Positions 44,152-53,312 of a stretch of DNA of 64,000 nucleotides are shown here, piece by piece (positions within the stretch are counted from its first letter, which is position 1; every line of letters starts with the position of its first letter). The stretch covers positions 1,152,001-1,216,000 of the forward strand of contig CAWHHI010000016.1 of the NCBI GenBank assembly GCA_963829055.1. Direction: 5' to 3'. This DNA comes from an uncultured Gemmatimonadaceae bacterium. GTDB taxonomy: Bacteria > Gemmatimonadota > Gemmatimonadetes > Gemmatimonadales > Gemmatimonadaceae. The notes under the pieces are model-generated. The model saw only the letters and a program-made list of their open reading frames with translations. It was not told the DNA's origin and searched no databases. The translations under genes and the position numbers were made by a program.

Positions 44152-47100
44152 CTACTGAACCGCTTTCGTCGCGCAGCTCAAGCCCGAGAAGAACGCCGGG
44201 TCGCCCAATCCAGCGGGGACGCTCATCTCCACCGGCACGCGCACCTGGCCGAATACCACCTCGTAAATCTTGGTCCCTGCCACCGGTCCGGGCTTGGCCT
44301 CGTTCCAGTACATCAGGAGCGGCGCCCATGTCCCGTTGTCGCGCGACGTCCCCGAACCGGAGCGAGAGAACTCGACGCCCGCCTCCTCCTTGAACCGCCA
44401 CGTCGGCGTGACCGTGTGTTCTCCACCGCGCGCGAACTGAAACGTCTCGTCGCCGAACGTCATCGTCATGATCGGAACCGCCTCGGTCAGCTGCGGGCGC
44501 AGGCTGAACTGCAGGCGCGGCTCGGCGGCACCAGCCGGAAATAGTGCGTCCGTAATGCGACGCGAGTTGTTCATGAAGCGCAGCAGTTGATCCGTGGGCA
44601 CCGGCCCGCCCGGTATGGCGCGATAGTCGCTACCAGCGCGCGCGAGCACCTTGCCCTGCAGCGCCGCTTCGAAGAACTGGTTGATCTGTCCCGTCGGCTT
44701 GAACAGCTTCGTGAGCTCCGCGCCCGTGGCCCTCGCCTCGGCCTTCGCGAACGGAAATTTCTCGAGCACGTCGCGCGCTTCGGTGCAGAACGCCGCGGCC
44801 GCGGCATTGATCGCGCTCACATCGCCTTCCTTTTTCTTCCCAACGATCTCGGTCGTGAGCAGCGACTGGATCAGCCGTTCGATGCGCTCGGCGGGCGTCA
44901 GAAAGAGCCGGCTCAGCGCGAGTTGGCGCTCGGGCTCTGTCGCGAACAGCCGCGACAATTTCCCGACCGAGCCTCGTACTGCGCCTGCCGCGGTGCTGGC
45001 GGCCTGCAGCGGACCCGAGGCGTCGGCTCCGGCTGGCACCGCGGCAACCTGGTGGAGGGCTGTCGCCAGGGCGCCGAGTTGGTCCATGTAGTCCTGGTTC
45101 GCGCCGCCGATGTAGGTGTCCTTGTTCTTGAGCGGCATCACGACGTCGACGGGCTGCAGCGGAACGCGGATGCCGACACTGTCAACGACCGCGTTCTCCG
45201 AAACCCTGAGGAGCATGCCGAGGAGTGGCGACGTCGGGCCGGCGAGCACGTCGAGCTTGCGGGCCGCATCATCCAGCGTGGCGAAGCCCACGATGCTCGC
45301 CGAGCTCACGTAGCGTCGCCACGCGGCGACGTAGTCGTCCGTGTAGCGCTTCTTGAGATCGCGCGCGAGCTGATCTCGGTCGTTAGGCGGCTTCGCGACC
45401 CCGCCGGTCACCCAGGGCTCGCCCTGGAGGAACCGATCGAGGTCTTTCGTGAGCGCGGTATCGACGAGGTACGCCCAGGCTTCCTTCGTGAACTGCGCGG
45501 GCACTTCCACGGGATTCACGACCACGCCGCCACCGGCGGAGCCGAGCCTCACGGGTTGACCGCGACGAGCGGCCTCGGTGACCATGGAGATGTAGATCGG
45601 CGTGATGCCGACCGACTTCGCGAGCACGGCGCGCGCCGAGCCGATGAGCGAGGCGTCGCCCTTGTCCGTGTACGGATTGCCGTACGGCAGCTCGCTCCCG
45701 AAGAACTCGAACTGTCGGCGCGCGATCTCGCGAGCGGACGAGTCGACGCTGCTCGCCTGTGGCCACGCGCCGAGCAGTGCCGGCCCCACGAACTCCGGCG
45801 TGCTGTGATCCGGTGCGTCGGTGGTGACGAGATAGGCGCGAAGCAGGCGATACGCGGAGTCGTACGGGACCGTCGCGTTAGGTGCGGACAACGCCGTCGT
45901 GGCCCGTCGCAACCCGACCCGCGTCGAGTCGTACAGGAGCCGCGCGAAGCGATCGAAGTACAGCGCACGCGCGCGTGGATACATCCGATCGCCGGAGTAC
46001 AGCCCCCACTGCAGCCAGAACGGCGGGCCATCGTGGACGTGACGACTCAGCACGTCGGCCTGCTCGCGAAGCGAATCGAGCCGCGCGAGCGCATCCGTCG
46101 GGGGAATCGCAATCGTCTCACGGGGGAGCGTCGAAGCGGATGCCGCCGCCGCACTGACGGCGCGTTGCAGCCGACGATTGCCGATGAACGACGTCGTGAA
46201 CGCGATCGCGAGCGCTGCCGCGAGTCCTACGCCCACGGCAGCAAGGGTTCGTCGTAACGCAGAAATGCGCGCGCCGCCGCGCGTCGCACCCATCGCGAAC
46301 GAGTCAGCGAGGACCACGTCCTGAATCAGCCCGGAGAGGAAAACCCATTCCGGCTTCTTGCGCCCACCACTGGCCGCGGGCTGCGGTGCCATCGATGACG
46401 CGGCCGCGACCGGCCGAAAGACGCTCGTCGCGCCAGCCGGCTGCGCCTCACGCGCTGGCATGAGCGACGGAATCGCGGCTGCCCCATCAGCCGAGACAAC
46501 GGCCCGTACGCCGGTGAGGTAGAACCCACGCAGCACCGGGCCGACACCCAGCTCCGTCGGGCGACAGAGCTCGACGAGGAACTGCACCGCGGCGGGGGCG
46601 AGCTTGCGCACCTCGCGCGGGAACTCGTACGCCGCGGGCTTCCGATCCCCAGCGCTCTCGCGCGCGAGCACCTCGATGCGCCGCGACGCCATCCCGGAGA
46701 AGAGGCGCGACCACGCGTCCGTCAGGCGGCGACTCTCTCGCTCGGCGTAGCTCGCGCCGTCCGTTCGCGCCGAGAGCGGCAACGTCGCCCCCAGCACCAC
46801 GCGTGTTTCATCGCGCGTGAAGTTCTGCACGTACTCGGCGAATCCGGGAACGCGATCGACCTTCGAGAACACCACGTACACCGGGAGGCGGATCCCGAAT
46901 TCCTGCGCGAGTTGCCCAAGCCGATCGCGAAGCGCGCGTGCGGCGGCGGCAGCCGCGTCGCCGGCGCCGCCGGCGGCAAGCCCTTCGCAGCTGTAGCACA
47001 CGACCGCGACGCGCGGCGCCTGCTGTCCACTCGACAGCGCGCCCCGGACGCGCGCCGGACGCAGACGCCGCATGAACCAGCGCCACCGCGCCGGCTCGTC

Positions 47101-47586
47101 CGCGATGTCGCGGCCCGTCTCGACGAATAGGGTGCTGCGGCCGAACCAGAGGTTGACGCCGCGCGTCGCCAACACGGCATCGTCGCGGAACACATCGCCC
47201 GTGAGCAGCTCGACGTCCACGCCCGACCGCACGACCGATGACGTCTTCGTGCTGCCCGGTGGACCGAGCAGCAGCACGATCGGCAGCCTGCCTAACGCGC
47301 CAGACGGCGCGACCTTCGCCAGCGCGAGCTTCTTCTCCGCCGCGACGAGCGATTTCTGCACTTCGTCGACGACGCCGTCCTTGGGCTGCGGCGCCGGCGC
47401 CGGCTTGCGCAGCAGATAGATGAGCAGGACGGCGGCGACGAGCACGCCGAGCAGCGCCAGACCGCCTCGCAGAATCATCGCGTTGCGCCCTTGCAGCCCG
47501 AGTATGGTCGCCAGCCGCCACACGCCGAGGAGGTAGAGGGCGAGGCCGGCCACGACGATCGCCGACATTCCGAGCTTGCGCTTCAT
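44152..47586 (-). CDS. tssM: T6SS membrane complex TssM (IcmF)
   Basis: Two N-terminal TMs, LLLGPPGSTKTS, RLPVYVVFSKVD, FPRE, LRGFYLTG, third TM, WGLYSG, KFPF; 1144 aa next to tssL. Confidence 0.88.
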   Translation of the reverse strand: MKRKLGMSAIVVAGLALYLLGVWRLATILGLQGRNAMILRGGLALLGVLVAAVLLIYLLRKPAPAPQPKDGVVDEVQKSLVAAEKKLALAKVAPSGALGRLPIVLLLGPPGSTKTSSVVRSGVDVELLTGDVFRDDAVLATRGVNLWFGRSTLFVETGRDIADEPARWRWFMRRLRPARVRGALSSGQQAPRVAVVCYSCEGLAAGGAGDAAAAAARALRDRLGQLAQEFGIRLPVYVVFSKVDRVPGFAEYVQNFTRDETRVVLGATLPLSARTDGASYAERESRRLTDAWSRLFSGMASRRIEVLARESAGDRKPAAYEFPREVRKLAPAAVQFLVELCRPTELGVGPVLRGFYLTGVRAVVSADGAAAIPSLMPAREAQPAGATSVFRPVAAASSMAPQPAASGGRKKPEWVFLSGLIQDVVLADSFAMGATRGGARISALRRTLAAVGVGLAAALAIAFTTSFIGNRRLQRAVSAAAASASTLPRETIAIPPTDALARLDSLREQADVLSRHVHDGPPFWLQWGLYSGDRMYPRARALYFDRFARLLYDSTRVGLRRATTALSAPNATVPYDSAYRLLRAYLVTTDAPDHSTPEFVGPALLGAWPQASSVDSSAREIARRQFEFFGSELPYGNPYTDKGDASLIGSARAVLAKSVGITPIYISMVTEAARRGQPVRLGSAGGGVVVNPVEVPAQFTKEAWAYLVDTALTKDLDRFLQGEPWVTGGVAKPPNDRDQLARDLKKRYTDDYVAAWRRYVSSASIVGFATLDDAARKLDVLAGPTSPLLGMLLRVSENAVVDSVGIRVPLQPVDVVMPLKNKDTYIGGANQDYMDQLGALATALHQVAAVPAGADASGPLQAASTAAGAVRGSVGKLSRLFATEPERQLALSRLFLTPAERIERLIQSLLTTEIVGKKKEGDVSAINAAAAAFCTEARDVLEKFPFAKAEARATGAELTKLFKPTGQINQFFEAALQGKVLARAGSDYRAIPGGPVPTDQLLRFMNNSRRITDALFPAGAAEPRLQFSLRPQLTEAVPIMTMTFGDETFQFARGGEHTVTPTWRFKEEAGVEFSRSGSGTSRDNGTWAPLLMYWNEAKPGPVAGTKIYEVVFGQVRVPVEMSVPAGLGDPAFFSGLSCATKAVQ

Positions 47587-47650
47587 GACATCACCGGCCG
47601 TACCGATGGGTCGTTAGGCGCGACGCGCGCGCCCAGGCATGGGGTCTCGA

Positions 47651-48355
47651 TCACGCGATGGTTCCCCCGGAGCGCAACACGACGAAGTAGATGATGTAGA
47701 GCGCGACAGCCACCGCGAGCGTTGCGGCACCGGCGAACACCAGACGCCGTAACCACGGGTCTCGCGTTCGCGGCAAGACTTCGCCAGTCGGGATCGCCCA
47801 ATCGGGCGCGAGCGGCGGCGTACCACCGCGGATGCGGGTCACCTGTTCGCGAACACGCGACGTCCAGAGCCCGAGCTCATCGCGATTCGTCGCGCTATAG
47901 CGGCCCTGGAATCCGAGCAGGAGGCAGAGGAGATAGACCTCGAGCACATCCGCCAGATCCTGCGACGGGTCGCGTGTCATGAGTTGTTGCAGGTACTGAA
48001 AGAATGCTTCGCCACCGACGTGGCCACCGAACAGCTCATCCTGCAACGGCCGGCGAGGCCAGTCGCGGAACATCGGCTGCGCGGAATTCAGAATCGACTC
48101 GTCGATGAACGCGACGACGGCGTAGAGGACGTAGCGAACGTCGCCCTGCGCGTAGCCTGCCTGACGCGCGTCCTGATCGGCGGCGGCAATCAGCTGCTTG
48201 AGGTGCGTACGAAAGCTTTCGGCGTCGGTGGGTCCTTGCCGATTCGCGCGAAGACGAACGGTCGCCGTCAGCAACTCCTGCACGATCAGCGCGAGCTGCC
48301 CTGCTCGACTCGCCACAGGCGTCGGCACGGAATCGATCGCTGCGGGATGACTCAT
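47651..48355 (-). CDS. tssL: T6SS TssL (DotU), no OmpA domain
   Basis: YAVVAFIDESIL, WPRRPLQDELFGGHVGGEAFF, EVYLLCLLLGFQGRY, C-terminal TM. Confidence 0.93.
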   Translation of the reverse strand: MSHPAAIDSVPTPVASRAGQLALIVQELLTATVRLRANRQGPTDAESFRTHLKQLIAAADQDARQAGYAQGDVRYVLYAVVAFIDESILNSAQPMFRDWPRRPLQDELFGGHVGGEAFFQYLQQLMTRDPSQDLADVLEVYLLCLLLGFQGRYSATNRDELGLWTSRVREQVTRIRGGTPPLAPDWAIPTGEVLPRTRDPWLRRLVFAGAATLAVAVALYIIYFVVLRSGGTIA

Positions 48356-48449
48356 GATTGGTCCGGGAAACGAAGCGGTAACTTGTCGCCGACGGCAACG
48401 GGGCGCCATCCCTGGCGCGTGGCGATGGAGTGCACGACTGCGGCGTTCG

Positions 48450-49805
48450 TCAAGACTCCAGGACGATCAGCAGCTCGACCTCGGCGTCGGGGAACGAGTC
48501 GGGCACGTAGACGCCGATCTCGCCTGTGTCGGACAGATCGGTCCAGCACGGTCCGACTCGACCCAACGCGAAGTAGTGCGTGTCTGCGCGCGGAGAGATG
48601 GCGACAGGCGGAACAGCGACGTGCTCGACCGTCAGACCACTGCGCGCCCGACGCACCAACTCGACGGTGAAGCGCTTCGAGCAGACTTTCACGAGTTGCG
48701 GTGCGCGACCGATGATCGTCGCGTCGGGCGCGCTCGAGCGAAGTGCGAGCAACCACCGCGCGCGCCCGAAGCATTGCCGGTCCGTGATGGTGCCGCTGAA
48801 CAGGTAGTCGGCATCGCGTTTGAGCGGCACGCGCACACAGTTCGACGGAATGATGACGCCAAGGCTGCTGCGGATTCGCTGTTCCAGCACCGCGAAGCAG
48901 GTGCCGAGGTCGTCGTGATCGTATGACGGGAGATCGCGCGGGTGCGCGTCGAGTGCGAACGTGCAGAGCGATCCGGCGAGCCGAGAAAGATCCGCGAACA
49001 GACGCTCGGGATGCGCATCGCGCGCGATCAGGTGATGTCGCAACGCGGCGACGTTCGCGTTCACCGTGTGCTGAATCCAGAACGTCGCCACCTCGTGCGC
49101 GGCATACTCGGCGAACCCCTGGCCTGATGCTTGTCGCGCTCGGGACAGCTCGTCGCTCTTCGTATCGAGCATCTGCACGAGCCGAGCGAGCGTCGTCATC
49201 AGCGGTTCACTTGCCGCCAGATGCAGCGACGGTGGAATGAACGTCGGATCGTATGCGAACTTCCCGGCGCCATCGCGATGCACGCGCGCAATTGGAAGCG
49301 CGATCTCATCCTCGCGGCGTTCGGAGTCGAGAATCAGACGAAAATTCTTGCGGCCCAGCTCGACGGCGTGATCGTCGCGTCCCGTGGTGTCATCGCGCAC
49401 CGATCGCGTCTCGAGCTGAAACCGCGGCCCGCCGCCATTGCCTGATCGCGGCTGATCGCAGTTCGCGCCATTCTGGACGAAGGGTGGAACCGCGAGCATC
49501 ACGAGATGGCTGTCGTGCGTCGGCGAGAATACGTTTCGAATCTCGCGGGCGTCTGGAATCGGATCGGCATCGGGCATGTAGAACGCGAGGCCGTCGGGCA
49601 TCACGCCCTGCGCGTGCACGAGCGAAACGACGCCATTCGCGATGGCGTGTGCGTCCAGCTCGAACGCCGTCACGCCGTAGGGCTTGTAGTACAGCTGGCC
49701 GAGGGCGAAGCGAACGGAATCTTCGAAGTACCGACTCTGCGTCTGAAAATGGTGCTGCGCGAGGTGCATGCCCTCGTGCCATACTACCTTCGACAAAAGC
49801 GTCAT
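48450..49805 (-). CDS. tssK: T6SS baseplate TssK, paralogue 1
   Basis: KVVWHEGMHLAQHHFQTQSRY, GVMPDG, FIPPSL, HPERLF..LAGSLCTF, YDHDDL. Confidence 0.92.
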   Translation of the reverse strand: MTLLSKVVWHEGMHLAQHHFQTQSRYFEDSVRFALGQLYYKPYGVTAFELDAHAIANGVVSLVHAQGVMPDGLAFYMPDADPIPDAREIRNVFSPTHDSHLVMLAVPPFVQNGANCDQPRSGNGGGPRFQLETRSVRDDTTGRDDHAVELGRKNFRLILDSERREDEIALPIARVHRDGAGKFAYDPTFIPPSLHLAASEPLMTTLARLVQMLDTKSDELSRARQASGQGFAEYAAHEVATFWIQHTVNANVAALRHHLIARDAHPERLFADLSRLAGSLCTFALDAHPRDLPSYDHDDLGTCFAVLEQRIRSSLGVIIPSNCVRVPLKRDADYLFSGTITDRQCFGRARWLLALRSSAPDATIIGRAPQLVKVCSKRFTVELVRRARSGLTVEHVAVPPVAISPRADTHYFALGRVGPCWTDLSDTGEIGVYVPDSFPDAEVELLIVLES

Positions 49806-49965
49806 GTCGCCCCTTGGTGACGCGCCCCGCGAGCACGTTCGTCGCCGCACCCGTTTGCGCCGACTCGCGGTTTCAGCAACTATACAACCGAATCTCCGTG
49901 GCGGCACGCAGCACGCGTGCGCGACTTGAAACATTGTCAAACACTTCCAACACCACGCGGCGCCG

Positions 49966-51744
49966 ATGACCGGCAACGAGTTCAACGCGGAATACAAACT
50001 GGGACAGCGCATCGCGTCGAGTAGCGTCGAGAGTTATCTCGCGCACGTGACGGCCACGCGCCGACTCGTGATGGTGCACCGGATGGCCGGCGCGAACGAT
50101 GGCGAGCGCCGACGCATCCGCGCGCTGCTCGATGCACTTCCGACGAGGAGCACGACCGTGCTCGCGCGGCTCGACGTCGATGGCGAGCCGGTAATCGTGA
50201 CCGAGTTTCTCCCCGATTTCGTGAACCTGCGCGATTGGCTCGAGGCCGCGGTGGCGGTGCAGACGACGGTCGTCATCCGTACCGGACTGCCGACGCCTCC
50301 CCCGGCTGCGCCGCCTGCGGAGCCGGAGCCTCCGCAGGCGTCAGGTGGTAGTGATTTCACGCGGATCTTTGGCCAGCCTCTGTCTTCGGGTGCGCCCACT
50401 CCGCCAATCGCATCGCCCGCGTTCGTGGCGCGAGACGAGCCCGCCCCGCAGGGACCACCGGCAGCGCCGCCTGCACCTACCATCACGCCCGCCGCTCCTG
50501 CCGGCCCACGGAAACCGCCGCACCAGCGCCGGGGTCGGCGACCGAGAGCTTCACGGCGATCTTCGGTGCGGCTCCAGTACCGACGCCCCCGTCGGTCAGC
50601 GCCGCCCGCGCCGATTGTGCAGCCACCGGTTGTGCAGCCACCAGTTGCACAGCCACCGGTTCTACAACCGCAGGTTGCACAACCGCAGGCCGTCGCTCCA
50701 GAGCCAACGCCCGTAGCGCCACCTCAAGTACCAAAGCCGCCGGTGACAGCGCCGCCCGTGGCGGCGCAGCAGCCTGGGAACTTCACCGCGCTGTTCGGCG
50801 CGCCGGTCGCGCCTCCCGCGCCACCACTGGCGCCGCATGCATCCACGCCGACGCCCTCGGCGTCAACACCATCCGCGCCGCCACGGCCCGCGCCTGGCGG
50901 GGAGTTTACGCAGATGTTCGGAGCGGCGGCCGCATCATCGACCCCGCCGCCATCGTCGCAATCACCCGGTAGCGTCGCGCCACCCGGACCGCCGCTGGCT
51001 GCGTCGCCACCACCGTACGCACCGCCACCACAGGCGCATGCGCCGTCCCCGCCAGCTCCGCCGAGTCGCGCGCCCAACGCGAGCGACGCAAGCGTCCCCA
51101 CGGATCCGGGAAAGATCCGGGTGATGTGGCGGCCGCGTGAAGGTGCCACCGGCCCGACCAGCGGTGAGGCTCCGCCTCCGAGCGCCACGAGCGCGTTGGC
51201 GCCGACACCGCCACGCGCGCCCGATCCCGGCCCCCCTCCGATGTTCGCGCCGCCTCCCGCACGCCCGACGACGCCGCCGTTCGCAGCACCGCAGGCGCCG
51301 GTCTATGGCGCGCCGCCACTCGCGCCGTCATCGGCATCGCCGGACTTTCCGACCGCACCACCATTCGCGGCGCCGCGTGGGGCGTCTCCATTCGACGCAC
51401 CGTCGATGTCTCCATCGCCGCGCGGCGACGCACAATCGCTCGGTCCTCCGGAGCTACGACTGTTCGCGAACGAGGCTGGAGAACGCGTCGAGCCTCACGC
51501 ACCGCCGCCGGTGCCGTCGAGCGGACCGGCGCCACGCGCATCGGGGCCGAGTGACTTCACGCGAATGCTGACACCGGTCGAGGCGCTGCCGTCAGCCCCA
51601 GCGCCAGCGGCAGTGAAGCCAGCGCCGAAGGCAGAACCGGCCGCCGGCGGGCGACGACCGTCGATGCTGCCGCTCATCATCGTCATCATGTTCGCGTTCG
51701 TCTCGGCGGCCGCGCTGATCGTGTTCTTCGCGCTGCGAAAATAG
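49966..51744 (+). CDS. Pro-rich membrane-anchored protein with kinase-N-lobe-like start and FTxxF repeats
   Basis: N-terminal ~100-aa globular region, long Pro/Ala linker with repeated FTxxF(G), C-terminal TM; compensating slips at about 50505-50605. Confidence 0.65.
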   Translation: MTGNEFNAEYKLGQRIASSSVESYLAHVTATRRLVMVHRMAGANDGERRRIRALLDALPTRSTTVLARLDVDGEPVIVTEFLPDFVNLRDWLEAAVAVQTTVVIRTGLPTPPPAAPPAEPEPPQASGGSDFTRIFGQPLSSGAPTPPIASPAFVARDEPAPQGPPAAPPAPTITPAAPAGPRKPPHQRRGRRPRASRRSSVRLQYRRPRRSAPPAPIVQPPVVQPPVAQPPVLQPQVAQPQAVAPEPTPVAPPQVPKPPVTAPPVAAQQPGNFTALFGAPVAPPAPPLAPHASTPTPSASTPSAPPRPAPGGEFTQMFGAAAASSTPPPSSQSPGSVAPPGPPLAASPPPYAPPPQAHAPSPPAPPSRAPNASDASVPTDPGKIRVMWRPREGATGPTSGEAPPPSATSALAPTPPRAPDPGPPPMFAPPPARPTTPPFAAPQAPVYGAPPLAPSSASPDFPTAPPFAAPRGASPFDAPSMSPSPRGDAQSLGPPELRLFANEAGERVEPHAPPPVPSSGPAPRASGPSDFTRMLTPVEALPSAPAPAAVKPAPKAEPAAGGRRPSMLPLIIVIMFAFVSAAALIVFFALRK

Positions 51745-51759
51745 TCCGAGGCCAATCCG

Positions 51760-51775
51760 GCGTTAGGCCTAACGC
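51760..51775. repeat. Perfect 16-bp palindrome made of two overlapping GCCTAACG motifs
   Basis: GCGTTAGGCCTAACGC between convergent genes. Confidence 0.9.
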
Positions 51776-51785
51776 GATGAGAGCT

Positions 51786-51857
51786 GCCTGACGATCATCG
51801 ACCCTCGTCAGGCCACAAGACGCTCACGGAAGATCCCTCGCTACCGCTCGGGATGAC
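51786..51857. repeat. Hairpin plus REP-like element
   Basis: GCCTGACGA/TCGTCAGGC hairpin; minus-strand GTCATCCCGAGCGGTAGCGAGG resembles GTCATTCCGAGCGAGCGAAG at 21020-21039. Confidence 0.5.
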
Positions 51858-51862
51858 GCGCA

Positions 51863-53218
51863 TTAGGCGCGCGCCGGGAGCAGGATCACCAGTTCCAGCT
51901 GCGCGTTCGTCAGCTCGGATGGGACGTACGCCGCGAGATTTCGCGCGCGCGTGATCGCATCCCATTCGGGGCCCATCTTCGCCAGCTGGAAGTACTGGTA
52001 GTTCAGCTTCACCGGAATCGCGCTCGGCGGCGACGGCGTGTGCGTGAGCTCCACGCCGGACATTGCGTGCCGAATGAGATGCGTGATCCGATCGCCCGAC
52101 GAGACCTTCACCAATTGCGGTACGGCGCGAATGAGGTCCGCCACTTTCACCGCGCTGCTGACGGCGAGATAGAGCTGTGGCGCGGTGAGAAAGCGATCCT
52201 CGTCGAGCGCGACCGCGTGCACCAGCGGCTGCTCGCTCCGCAGCGGCAGCGCTACGAAGTTCGACGGCACCACCGTGTCGAGAAGATCGCGGAGCATCGC
52301 GTCGAGACGCGTGAAGCAGTCCGACAGATTCGCGTGGTCGTACGACGGAATCGAGCGCGGGTGCACGACCGTCGAGAACGTCGTGAGCGCACCGGCAAGT
52401 GCCGTCATCGCCGCGAACAGCTCGGCCGGATGTCCGCGGCGCGTCTCGTAGAGATGCCGCACCGCCGGGAGATGCGTGTTCACCGTGTACAGCAACCAGA
52501 AGTTCGCGACGTCGCTGATGCCGAAATCGGCGAGACTCTGGTTTCGCTGACGCCGCATGCCTGACAGCGTCGTGCTCTTCGCGGCGAGTAGCTCGACGAG
52601 CCGCCGGTTGATCGTCATCAAGTACTCGTTCGCGGCGATGTCGAGCAGCGGCGGAACGAATCGCGGGTCGAGCGTCGTTTCGCCGGTCGGTCCGCGGACG
52701 ACTCGCGCGACGGGAAGCGCCGAGCTGCCGTCGAGCGACTCGCCTTCCACGAGAAAGCGCAGATTCTTTCTCGCCACCTGCACAGGCTTCTCGGCCAACC
52801 CGTTGTTCTCGTCGCGCCGCATGAGCAGCTCGGCACGATAGCGCGTGCTCTGATCGCGCTGCAGTGAGCCGACGTTGAACCCATCGGGGCGATACTCCGG
52901 CACCGTGAGATACACGTCGAGCGTCGGACGATCGGGATCCCACGCCTCATCGAGCGGCTTGGGTGGCGGTACCGCGTCCGACATCGGCGCCTCGAACAGC
53001 AGGCCGTCCGGCATGATGCCGCTCGCCGACGTCACGGCGAACGCGCCGCCCGCCAATGCTTCGCGGTCGATCTCGAGCTGATGAAATCCCCAGGGCCGAA
53101 ACGCCAGCGCGCCCAGCCGAAAGCTGAGCAGGTCCTCCAGATAACGATCCTGCATCTGGAGATGCTGCGGGCTGAGGAGAACGCCTTTTGTCCAGAGCAC
53201 CGGTTGGAGTTGCCGCAT
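51863..53218 (-). CDS. tssK: T6SS baseplate TssK, paralogue 2
   Basis: PVLWTKGVLLSPQHLQMQDRY, GIMPDG, FVPPLL, HPAELF..LAGALTTF, YDHANL. Confidence 0.92.
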   Translation of the reverse strand: MRQLQPVLWTKGVLLSPQHLQMQDRYLEDLLSFRLGALAFRPWGFHQLEIDREALAGGAFAVTSASGIMPDGLLFEAPMSDAVPPPKPLDEAWDPDRPTLDVYLTVPEYRPDGFNVGSLQRDQSTRYRAELLMRRDENNGLAEKPVQVARKNLRFLVEGESLDGSSALPVARVVRGPTGETTLDPRFVPPLLDIAANEYLMTINRRLVELLAAKSTTLSGMRRQRNQSLADFGISDVANFWLLYTVNTHLPAVRHLYETRRGHPAELFAAMTALAGALTTFSTVVHPRSIPSYDHANLSDCFTRLDAMLRDLLDTVVPSNFVALPLRSEQPLVHAVALDEDRFLTAPQLYLAVSSAVKVADLIRAVPQLVKVSSGDRITHLIRHAMSGVELTHTPSPPSAIPVKLNYQYFQLAKMGPEWDAITRARNLAAYVPSELTNAQLELVILLPARA

Positions 53219-53312
53219 GGCCGGTAACGTAGCACCTTCGCTCGACCATAGCGATCACTACGACGCGTGTTGCGTCGCGGGTCGCCATCAACCACCGGCA
53301 AGGAACGAAGCG

